NCBI GenBank assembly: GCA_038245905.1
Contig: JBBRRY010000005.1
Location: 64,001 to 128,000, forward strand
Source: Thermoanaerobaculia bacterium
GTDB taxonomy: Bacteria > Acidobacteriota > Thermoanaerobaculia > UBA5066
Length of the DNA stretch: 64,000 bases
Reading direction: 5' to 3'
A model generated the notes under the pieces. It was given only the letters and a program-made list of their open reading frames with translations. It searched no databases and had not been told where the DNA came from. A program made the position numbers and the translations under genes. Below are positions 18,530 through 26,550 of the stretch, piece by piece. The stretch's first letter is position 1. Every line of letters begins with the position of its first letter.

Positions 18530-20062
18530 ATGAAACGTGCTCTTCTCTTCCTCACGCTGGTCGTCGCTGTCCTGGCCTTGCCGCAGCTCGCCGAATCCCA
18601 GGATACGGCTGCGGTCCAAGAAAAGGTCCGCTGGCTCAACAGCTTCGCGATGAGCGGCGCCGCGTACCATGCGCAGATGCAAATGCTGGGCTTGGCGACG
18701 AAGGCCGCCTCCCCCGCGCCAAGCTGGCCGCCGGATCCCGACCCTTACCCCTACTCGAGCTACGTCGCCACAAACGACAATCCCTCGCAGGACGTCGAGC
18801 CTACCATCTCAAACGTCTGGGTGGGGGGGGCACCGTACGTAACGACTGCCTATATTAGCTATCCGGCCGCGTATCCGCACCTGCCCCTTCTTCGAACCGT
18901 CACAACATCGACCTCGTTCACGAGCTTCACGCCCAGCACCCTCTCGCTGCCCGCCCCCCTACCCGGCCAGCCGGAGTTTCAACAGGAGTGGGATCCGTTT
19001 CTTGCCGCAAACAACGGCGGCGTCGTCGCTCCCAGACGCCTGTACGCGATCGGGATCGCCGGCTCGTACACAACGCCTCTCATTACGGCGGTAGTCCTCT
19101 GGCGTTCGGAAGACGGGGGACTTACATGGTCCGCACCGGTCATCATCGACGACAACCACCTAACCCCCTCCGGCCCCACCGGTTTCTTTCTCGACAAGCC
19201 TCACGTTGTTGTCAATCCCAACTCGGGATACGTCTTCGTCACATATCTCGCGTATTCGACCGCTACACACGGCCTTGCAACGACGCATTTCTCCCTCAGC
19301 ACGAACGGGGGGATATCGTTCGCAGCCCCGACAGCGCTATTCGCCGGCACCATCGGCGGGCCGCAGCTCGCAGTGAATAGCGGTAGTAACAACCTCTACC
19401 TCGTATGGGCTGACTACGCCAGCAACCGGCTCTTCGCGAGCACGTCGGTAAACAATGGAAGCTCGTGGGGCTCGCCCGTGGGGCTGACGCCCTCCATCGG
19501 CCAGCTCGTTGGTCCGATGCCTACCGAGGTCCCTCAACTTTCGAACGGAATCCACGTCTTCTCCCTTCCGATGGTGCGATACAATCCCGTTGCAGATGTC
19601 CTTGGCGTCACGTGGCATCAACGCGAGGACACCAACATCACCAACCCGGTGCCGACGGACGTTTATTATTCGTACTTCAACGGCAGCGCGTGGGCAACGC
19701 CAATCGCGGTCAGCGCGATAGCTGGGCAGGACGAGTTCATGCCCGCGCTCGACAGTAACGCGAGTGGATACATTTCGATAACGTATTACAGCACTTATGG
19801 AAGCATCGGCAACGTACAATATCGGGAGTGGCTAGCCTACTGCTCGTTCAGCGGCGCAGAACCGATGACACACGAGCGCTTATCGCCACTATGGTCTAAC
19901 CCACACAATTACACAATTATTCAAGACTTTATTGGCGACTATCAGGATGGCACGAGCATCCGAGGGCTGGGGTACAACCAGTACGTCTCGGCCTGGGTCG
20001 GAATCGACGCCAGTTACAACACGGCACATGGGGACATCTACCTAACGGACGTGAGCCCCTAA
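18530..20062 (+). CDS. Secreted Asp-box (BNR) repeat, sialidase-like beta-propeller protein
   Basis: Signal peptide; Asp boxes RSEDGGLTW, LSTNGGISF, TSVNNGSSW; DKP and FIGDY motifs. Confidence 0.8.
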   Translation: MKRALLFLTLVVAVLALPQLAESQDTAAVQEKVRWLNSFAMSGAAYHAQMQMLGLATKAASPAPSWPPDPDPYPYSSYVATNDNPSQDVEPTISNVWVGGAPYVTTAYISYPAAYPHLPLLRTVTTSTSFTSFTPSTLSLPAPLPGQPEFQQEWDPFLAANNGGVVAPRRLYAIGIAGSYTTPLITAVVLWRSEDGGLTWSAPVIIDDNHLTPSGPTGFFLDKPHVVVNPNSGYVFVTYLAYSTATHGLATTHFSLSTNGGISFAAPTALFAGTIGGPQLAVNSGSNNLYLVWADYASNRLFASTSVNNGSSWGSPVGLTPSIGQLVGPMPTEVPQLSNGIHVFSLPMVRYNPVADVLGVTWHQREDTNITNPVPTDVYYSYFNGSAWATPIAVSAIAGQDEFMPALDSNASGYISITYYSTYGSIGNVQYREWLAYCSFSGAEPMTHERLSPLWSNPHNYTIIQDFIGDYQDGTSIRGLGYNQYVSAWVGIDASYNTAHGDIYLTDVSP

Positions 20063-20122
20063 GTTCAGGGGTTGCAGCAGTCCCATACCGGCTCGCTGCT
20101 CGTCGCGAAAACAGAGGAGAAT

Positions 20123-21874
20123 ATGAACCGACAAAGGGGAAGCACGACGCCAGCGATCGTAGCGCTCGCGGCATTGCTGCTTGGCCGGGGACCAGCGCCA
20201 GGTCAGGTGATTACAGAATTCGCCCTACCCGCCGGCACGCCTGTAACGCCCCTTCGCCTTTTTACCGCGTACGGGCGTGCAATGACAACCGGCCCCGACG
20301 GCAACCTCTGGCTGACGCACGCCGGGCGCTCGAGCATCGTCCGCGTGACACCAGGCGGTGAAGTTGCAGAGTTCAAGATGTCGGCGCCTCTGGCCGGGAT
20401 CACCGCAGGCCCGGATGGAAACCTCTGGTTTGCAGCGGGCGACAGGATCGGCCGCCTTTCACCTGACGGGACGTCGCTTACGCAGTTCCCGCTGCAATAT
20501 GGGAGAGACGCCGTGGGTATCGTCGCGGGCCCGGACGGCAACCTCTGGTTTACCGAGAGCAGTGACGATTGCCTATGCCCGGGAGGGGCAGTACCTTTTC
20601 CTGTTGCGATCGGCAAGCTGACGCCTGGTGGCTCGATGGCCGAGTACCCGGTCCCGCTCAATCGGAGCGCCGCAGGCATCATCGTAGGGCCCGACCGGAG
20701 CCTTTGGTACACCGGGGGCTCGGCAACCGGCATCGGGCACGCCACGGTCCAGGGCGTTCTGACCGGCGTCGCAACCCAGCCCGCCATCAGCGTACCGACC
20801 GGAATTGCTCTAGGGCCCGATGGGAACGTCTGGTTTGTGGGACCGACCGCGAACCTCGGTGAGTTCCAAGCCGGGAGGGTTACACCGGCTGGCATCGTCA
20901 CGACGTACCCCCTGGCGTCACCCGGTGCTCTTCCCCTCGACATCGTCGCCGGGCCCGACGGGAATCTCTGGTTCACAGAGATGAATGCCAACAAGATCGG
21001 GCGTATCACGCCGCAGGGCGTCATCACCGAGTTCCCAGTCCCGACCCCGGATTCGCAGCCGACCGCCATCTGCGTGGGGCCGGACGGCAACATCTGGTTC
21101 ACGGAATCCAATGCCGGCAAGGTCGGACGGCTCGCTCTCTCGGGGCCTGCCTCCGGAAAGGTCACGCTCACCGTTCCAGCCGCGGCCTCGTCGGCGGGCG
21201 CGAACGGCACGTTCTTCCACACTGACCTCTGGCTTATGAACCGGTCGCACACATCGACAGTCGTCGCGACGCTCACGTACCGGTGCGCGGCGGGACTCGC
21301 CTGCGGCAACGCCGTTCAGCCCGTGACGCTCCAGCCCCGCCAATCGACGATGCTCACCGACGTGATCGGGCGGACGTTTGGCGCCCCGAGCACGTCCGGC
21401 GCCATCGAGGTCTCCTGGCCCACGACCTCAGGTCCCGTCAGCGCCTCGTCGCAGGTCTCATCGCCGATGCCACCGGCTCCCGCGTTCGGCACGCTGATTC
21501 CCGCACTGCCGCTTGCGGACGCGAAGATGTACGCGGTTTTCATCGGCGTCGCATCCGGCGGCGGCCTGGCGTCGGGCTCGCGCTCCAACGCCGGGGCTTA
21601 CAACCCGCAGGCGCTACCCGTGGATGTGACGTTCGTGCTCTACAAGGGGGACGGGACAAGCCTGGGGACGTACACGAGGACGTACCAGCCGAATGAGTCC
21701 CACCAGCTATTCCCGAACATCTTCGATCTTCTCGGGGTTGGTTCGACGCCGGCGAAGGACGCCTATCTCGTCGTGTCCGCCACGGCGCCGGTCTTCCCGT
21801 ACGTGACCGTCATCGACAACGTCTCGGGCGACTCGTCGTTCCTCTCCGCCTCGGACGACGAAACGGCGCCGTAG
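20123..21874 (+). CDS. Secreted Vgb-like (GPDGNLWF-repeat) beta-propeller with a conserved C-terminal domain
   Basis: GAGGAG SD before ATG 20123, signal peptide, 7 GPDGN[LIV]W-type repeats. C-terminal domain is shared with 45240-47315. Confidence 0.85.
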   Translation: MNRQRGSTTPAIVALAALLLGRGPAPGQVITEFALPAGTPVTPLRLFTAYGRAMTTGPDGNLWLTHAGRSSIVRVTPGGEVAEFKMSAPLAGITAGPDGNLWFAAGDRIGRLSPDGTSLTQFPLQYGRDAVGIVAGPDGNLWFTESSDDCLCPGGAVPFPVAIGKLTPGGSMAEYPVPLNRSAAGIIVGPDRSLWYTGGSATGIGHATVQGVLTGVATQPAISVPTGIALGPDGNVWFVGPTANLGEFQAGRVTPAGIVTTYPLASPGALPLDIVAGPDGNLWFTEMNANKIGRITPQGVITEFPVPTPDSQPTAICVGPDGNIWFTESNAGKVGRLALSGPASGKVTLTVPAAASSAGANGTFFHTDLWLMNRSHTSTVVATLTYRCAAGLACGNAVQPVTLQPRQSTMLTDVIGRTFGAPSTSGAIEVSWPTTSGPVSASSQVSSPMPPAPAFGTLIPALPLADAKMYAVFIGVASGGGLASGSRSNAGAYNPQALPVDVTFVLYKGDGTSLGTYTRTYQPNESHQLFPNIFDLLGVGSTPAKDAYLVVSATAPVFPYVTVIDNVSGDSSFLSASDDETAP

Positions 21875-21883
21875 CTCCGGAGC

Positions 21884-23620
21884 CTACTTCCCCGCCGCCG
21901 TGCCGTAGCCGCGCGGGTCGGCGACCGCCGTGAGCGTGCCGTCCTTCTCGAACGCGATCGCGTGGACGCGGCCGAGCATTCCCCCCGTGTAGAGCGTGCC
22001 GCGCTCGTCGAGGGCGTGCCCCTTCGCGCGAAGGGCGGCCCTTACGTCCTCGGGGAACGCGTCCCGCTCCAGCTCGATCCGGTCCGGGAGGTGCTGGTGG
22101 TGAAACCGTCGTGCGGCGACGGCTTCCGCGAGAGGCTCGCCGCGGCGCGCCGCATTCAGGTAGACCTGTAGGACCGTCGTCGGAATCGTGCCGCCGCCCG
22201 GAGACCCGAGGACGAGCCGCGGACGGCCGTCCTCGAGGACGAGGAGCGGCGTCATGGACGAGAGCGGCCGTGCTCCCGCGCGCACCGCGTTCGACTCGCC
22301 CTGCACGAGCCCGTAGGCGTTCGCGACGCCCGGCTCCACGGCAAAGTCGTCCATCTCATTGTTCAGGACGACGCCGACGCCGGGCACGACGGTCCGGTTC
22401 CCGAACGTGTCGTTGAGCGTGTACGTGAACGCGACGGCCCCACCGTCTGCCGTGGCGGTCGAGAGGTGCGTCGTCTGGTCCGGGTCGCGCGGCCAGGCCC
22501 CTCCCGCGATCGACGAGGACGGAGTCGCGCGGGTAGGGTCGATCGAGAACCCGAGCGCCGCGAGCCTTGCCGGCGCGAGGAGCGACGCGAGCGGTACGTC
22601 GACGCAGAGAGGGTCGCCGAGGAACCGATTGCGGTCCGCGTAGGCGCGGCGCTCGGCCTCGGCGACGAGATGAATCGACTCGACCGCGTCCCGGTCGTCG
22701 ATCGCGCCCCGGACGAAGCGGAGTTGACCGAGGATCGACGCAAGGAGGAAACCCCCTGACGACGGCAGCGGCATCGTCACGAGGCGGAAGCGCCCGTCGT
22801 CGAAGACGAATGGCGGCCGCCACTCGGGCCGGTAGCCTGCGAGGTCCTCCTCGGTGAGAACGCCGCCCGTCTCCCGCACGAACGCCGCGATCCGGCGCGC
22901 GAGGTCGCCTCGATGGAACCCGTCGGCACCCTTCGTGGCAATCGTCTCGAGCGTCTTCGCGAGATTCTCCTGCACGAGGAGCGCGCCCGCCGGAAGCGGC
23001 TTGCCTCCGCGCAGAAACAGCCTCGAAGCCTCGGCGTCCCGCCCGAGGTCCGCCGCATAGTCCGCGAGGAGCTTCGCGAGGCCCTCCGGGACGCGGAAGC
23101 CCTCGCGCGCGAGACGCACGGCCGGCGCGACGAGGCGGGGCCACGGGAGCTTCCCGTAGCGCCGATGGAGGGCCTCGAGGCCGCGCACCGTGCCCGGCGT
23201 TCCGACCGAGAGGCCGCCGCGCGTCGAGGCGCCGCGGCGCGCCTTCCGGTCCGGGCCGAGGAAGCTGTCTCTCCACGTACCCGCGGGCGCAGTCTCGCGG
23301 AAGTCGAGCGCCCAGATCTCGCCACTCGGCGTCCGGCCGACGGCAAAGCCCCCTCCGGCGAGGTTTCCTGCGGGAGGGTAGGTCACGGCAAGCGCGAACG
23401 CAGTTGCGACCGCCGCATCCACGGCGTTGCCGCCCGCCGCGAGGACCGCCGCGCCGGCCAGGGTCGCCTCCGGCGTCGCGGACGCGACGGCGCCCTGCCG
23501 CGAGTGCGCCGTCTTCGCTTCACCGAAGGGAGCGGACGCGGAGGGCTGCCCGCCCGTCGCGGCCAGCACGGCGGGCACGGACACGAGCAGAGCGAGACCG
23601 GATGCGAGACGGGCGCGCAT
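21884..23620 (-). CDS. ggt: Gamma-glutamyltransferase
   Basis: GGNAVDAAVA, DFRETAP, TTHLS nucleophile, NNEMDDF, RPLSSMTP, GSPGG. Confidence 0.95.
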   Translation of the reverse strand: MRARLASGLALLVSVPAVLAATGGQPSASAPFGEAKTAHSRQGAVASATPEATLAGAAVLAAGGNAVDAAVATAFALAVTYPPAGNLAGGGFAVGRTPSGEIWALDFRETAPAGTWRDSFLGPDRKARRGASTRGGLSVGTPGTVRGLEALHRRYGKLPWPRLVAPAVRLAREGFRVPEGLAKLLADYAADLGRDAEASRLFLRGGKPLPAGALLVQENLAKTLETIATKGADGFHRGDLARRIAAFVRETGGVLTEEDLAGYRPEWRPPFVFDDGRFRLVTMPLPSSGGFLLASILGQLRFVRGAIDDRDAVESIHLVAEAERRAYADRNRFLGDPLCVDVPLASLLAPARLAALGFSIDPTRATPSSSIAGGAWPRDPDQTTHLSTATADGGAVAFTYTLNDTFGNRTVVPGVGVVLNNEMDDFAVEPGVANAYGLVQGESNAVRAGARPLSSMTPLLVLEDGRPRLVLGSPGGGTIPTTVLQVYLNAARRGEPLAEAVAARRFHHQHLPDRIELERDAFPEDVRAALRAKGHALDERGTLYTGGMLGRVHAIAFEKDGTLTAVADPRGYGTAAGK

Positions 23621-23629
23621 TTGTGGAGC

Positions 23630-26416
23630 CTAGCGCAGGACGACGGTCAGGTTCTTCAAGGCGTCCACGTCGAGCACGAGGGTCCGGCCGTCGCTTGAGA
23701 GCGTGAGAGGAACGACCTTGTACTGGTTGACGCTCCGATCCGTGGCAATGACCCAGGCCTTGAACTCGGCCAGCCCAGATGGCACTTCGATCTCACCATC
23801 GAGGCTTCCGCCGCCCGACTTCCGACCGAAATCGAACGTACGCCGAAACACCTCGACGTCATTGCGGCGCAACATCACGTAGCCCTGCGGCGTCGGGACC
23901 GTCAGGGCGATGCGCAACCGGACGCGAGCGGGTGTCGGCCCAACGGTCGGAGCAACGGTTTCGATTCGGGGCGCCACAGCCACCGGCTCTGGAGCGGCTG
24001 TCGGCGGAGCCACGGGCTTCGCGGCCGCCTTCATCGAGCGGATTTGATCCGCAGCCCTCTTCTGGGCGGCGCGTCCCTGCTTCGCAACTTCCGCGAGAGC
24101 CGCTGCCTTGAGCTCCCGCGCTTCCACCGAGTCGGGAACGAGGGCGAGGATCGCGTCCGCTTCCACGACGACGCGCGGGAAGTCATTCGCTTCGCGAGCC
24201 TCGCGCGCCACCGCGAGGCGCGCGCCGGCTTCCGCGGCGCGCCGGTCCTGGTCGTCCTTCTTCGCGAGAGCAGCTTCCGCTTTTTCGAGGGCGGCGCGGC
24301 CGGCCGCAGACTCGGGCGCCTGCCGCACGAGATCGAGGAAGGCAGCCCGCGCCTCGGCCGGGCGCCCTTCGGCCAGCGCGCGTGTGCCGTCATCGAGAAG
24401 CTTCTTCCGAGCCAGCGTGTCCCGTTCCGCGGCTTCGTCCGGAGCCTTGCCCGCGACGGCGCAACCGCGCTGGAGGAGAAGGCCCACGGTCACGGCGGCG
24501 ATGAGCACGGCGACGCCCACGGTCAGGTAGACGAAGCGGCGGTTGACCTCGCGCTTAAGGATGTCGGGCACCTTCTCGGAGCCGGACGGCGCACCGGGCC
24601 CGGAGAGAGCCGTCACGGGACCCGTGATGTCGCGACCGGGCGCGCGGGCAGCGGTGGCCGCGGGCCGGCTCCCGAGGGGACGCGCCGGCGGCCCGGCGAG
24701 AGCGGCGGAAGGACGAATCGGTTCCGTGACGTCCCGGCCTGTCTTGGCGATCCGGGGCGCCCCGCCCGGGGAGTCCGGGACCGGAACGGGCGGAACCGGC
24801 CGCGAGAGCGTGGGCGTGGTGGGCGGGCCCGGGGCCGGGACGGGCGCTGCGGGTCGCGCCGGGGGCCGCATTGGCGAGACCGGTGGCGGAGGCGCCCCCC
24901 CGGAGGGCAGGGGGATGACCGAGGCGGGCGTCTGGGGCGGCGGCAGGCTTCGGGCGGGGGGCGAGGACACTATGGTGACGGCGGGAGGCGCGTTCCGGAG
25001 GGGCTCCTTTGGCGCGGAGCCAACCGGCGACGGAAGCGTTTGAATCCGCTCCGTGAGCTGCGAGAGCACATCACCCCTGCTCTCCTTGACGACGGTGGCG
25101 GCCGCCGATGGGTCCGCCGGACGCTCGGGCGGACGGATGCGCCCGCTGTCACGGTCCGTCGCCGGCTTCACACCGCGCTGCACTTCGGAGACGAGAGTGC
25201 CCGGCGAGGAGGGCGGGGGCTCGTGCACCTCGTCCTCCTCGCGCCCCTTCACGGAGTTCGGCCTCAGGGCGTCCGTGTCCAGACTCCAATCGGGGCCCGA
25301 GCCGCCGATCCCGTGACCGGGGCTCGGGACTGCCGCGAGCGACGGGTCGAGGTCGCTCCGCCCGCGCCGGGCGAGATCCTCGAGCGTCGTTTTTCCGCCA
25401 CCGAGGGGACCCGGTGCGGACGGGCGCGCGAGCGGACCGGAAGGAATGGGCGTCCTCGACCCGGAGGACGCGCGGCTCTCCTGGGACTCCACGGCCGAGA
25501 CCGGCCCGAGCCGCTCGGCCTGCGCGACCATCTCGCCCAGGTCCTTCAGCATCTCCATTTCGGCGTTCCGCGCCCGGAATTCGGACAGCGCCTGGACGAA
25601 GTCTTTCCCGCTCTGGAACCGGGCGGCGGGATCCTTCGCGAGCGCGCGCGCCAGGATCGGGTTGAACTCCGCCGGGATCGCGGCGTCGTACGTTTGCGCC
25701 GACGGGTATTCCTCGTGGACGATCTTGTACGAGATCGAGGTGAGGTTGTCGCCGGCGAACGGCTTCTTCTTCGTCAGGAGCTCGTACAGGACGACGCCGA
25801 GCGAGAAGAGATCGCTGCGCCCGTCCACGACCTCTCCGGTCACCTGCTCGGGAGACATGTAATTCGGCGTCCCGAGGAATTGCCCGGTGGCCGTCAGACT
25901 CGAGCTGTTGATCTTCGCGATCCCGAAGTCCGTGATCTTCACGGTGCCGTCGTTCGTGAGGATGATGTTGGCCGGCTTCACGTCGCGATGCACGATGCCG
26001 CGGCGGTGCGCGTAGTCGAGGGCGTCCCCGACGCTCGTCACGATCTCGGCGACCCGGTCGTACGAGAGCGAGACCTTGTCCTTCAGGATCTGCTTGAGGT
26101 TCTTGCCCTCGACGTACTCCATCGCGATGAAGGACGTCCCGGTCTCCACCTCCTCACCGACGTCGTGGATCGTCACGATATTCGGGTGGGACAGCGTTCC
26201 CGCCGCCTGCGCCTCTCTGAGAAAGCGCTCCGTGAACTCGCGGGTCTCCGAGTCGTCTTCGCCTGTGGCCCGGATCGTCTTCAGCGCGACGCGCCGGCCG
26301 ATCACGGGATCGCGTCCGAGGAACACGACGCCCATCGCGCCCTTGCCAAGCTCGCGCTCGACCTCGTAACGCGCGAACTTTCTGGGCAGGTTGGGCGAAA
26401 TCGGATCGGGCGGCAG
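23630..26416 (-). CDS. Membrane-anchored Hanks-type Ser/Thr protein kinase with Pro-rich linker and TPR-like extracytoplasmic region
   Basis: GKGAMG, VALK, HRDVKPAN, DFGIA, GTPNYMSPE and one TM helix. Start inferred at CTG 26416. Confidence 0.92.
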   Translation of the reverse strand: MPPDPISPNLPRKFARYEVERELGKGAMGVVFLGRDPVIGRRVALKTIRATGEDDSETREFTERFLREAQAAGTLSHPNIVTIHDVGEEVETGTSFIAMEYVEGKNLKQILKDKVSLSYDRVAEIVTSVGDALDYAHRRGIVHRDVKPANIILTNDGTVKITDFGIAKINSSSLTATGQFLGTPNYMSPEQVTGEVVDGRSDLFSLGVVLYELLTKKKPFAGDNLTSISYKIVHEEYPSAQTYDAAIPAEFNPILARALAKDPAARFQSGKDFVQALSEFRARNAEMEMLKDLGEMVAQAERLGPVSAVESQESRASSGSRTPIPSGPLARPSAPGPLGGGKTTLEDLARRGRSDLDPSLAAVPSPGHGIGGSGPDWSLDTDALRPNSVKGREEDEVHEPPPSSPGTLVSEVQRGVKPATDRDSGRIRPPERPADPSAAATVVKESRGDVLSQLTERIQTLPSPVGSAPKEPLRNAPPAVTIVSSPPARSLPPPQTPASVIPLPSGGAPPPPVSPMRPPARPAAPVPAPGPPTTPTLSRPVPPVPVPDSPGGAPRIAKTGRDVTEPIRPSAALAGPPARPLGSRPAATAARAPGRDITGPVTALSGPGAPSGSEKVPDILKREVNRRFVYLTVGVAVLIAAVTVGLLLQRGCAVAGKAPDEAAERDTLARKKLLDDGTRALAEGRPAEARAAFLDLVRQAPESAAGRAALEKAEAALAKKDDQDRRAAEAGARLAVAREAREANDFPRVVVEADAILALVPDSVEARELKAAALAEVAKQGRAAQKRAADQIRSMKAAAKPVAPPTAAPEPVAVAPRIETVAPTVGPTPARVRLRIALTVPTPQGYVMLRRNDVEVFRRTFDFGRKSGGGSLDGEIEVPSGLAEFKAWVIATDRSVNQYKVVPLTLSSDGRTLVLDVDALKNLTVVLR

Positions 26417-26550
26417 ACAACCTCCATGCCTGCGCCCACGCGCAGGTGACCCGGGGGTCAGCCCCCGGGGATTCTGAAATTCTAGCAGTCACGCGGGAAG
26501 GTGACCGCCTATAATTCCAGCCCCGAAACGAAAATCCGGAGGGTCACCGA

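Noticed and set aside
20290-21100. Regularly spaced GGCCCGGACGGCAAC-like DNA repeats as a CRISPR-like array
   Set aside because: They are degenerate coding repeats of propeller blades (GPDGNLW) within one ORF, and no cas genes are present.
26446-26474. GC-rich inverted repeats between the kinase and the EF-G paralogue as an ncRNA or riboswitch
   Set aside because: Short, with no recognisable aptamer or U-tract; cannot be distinguished from chance.
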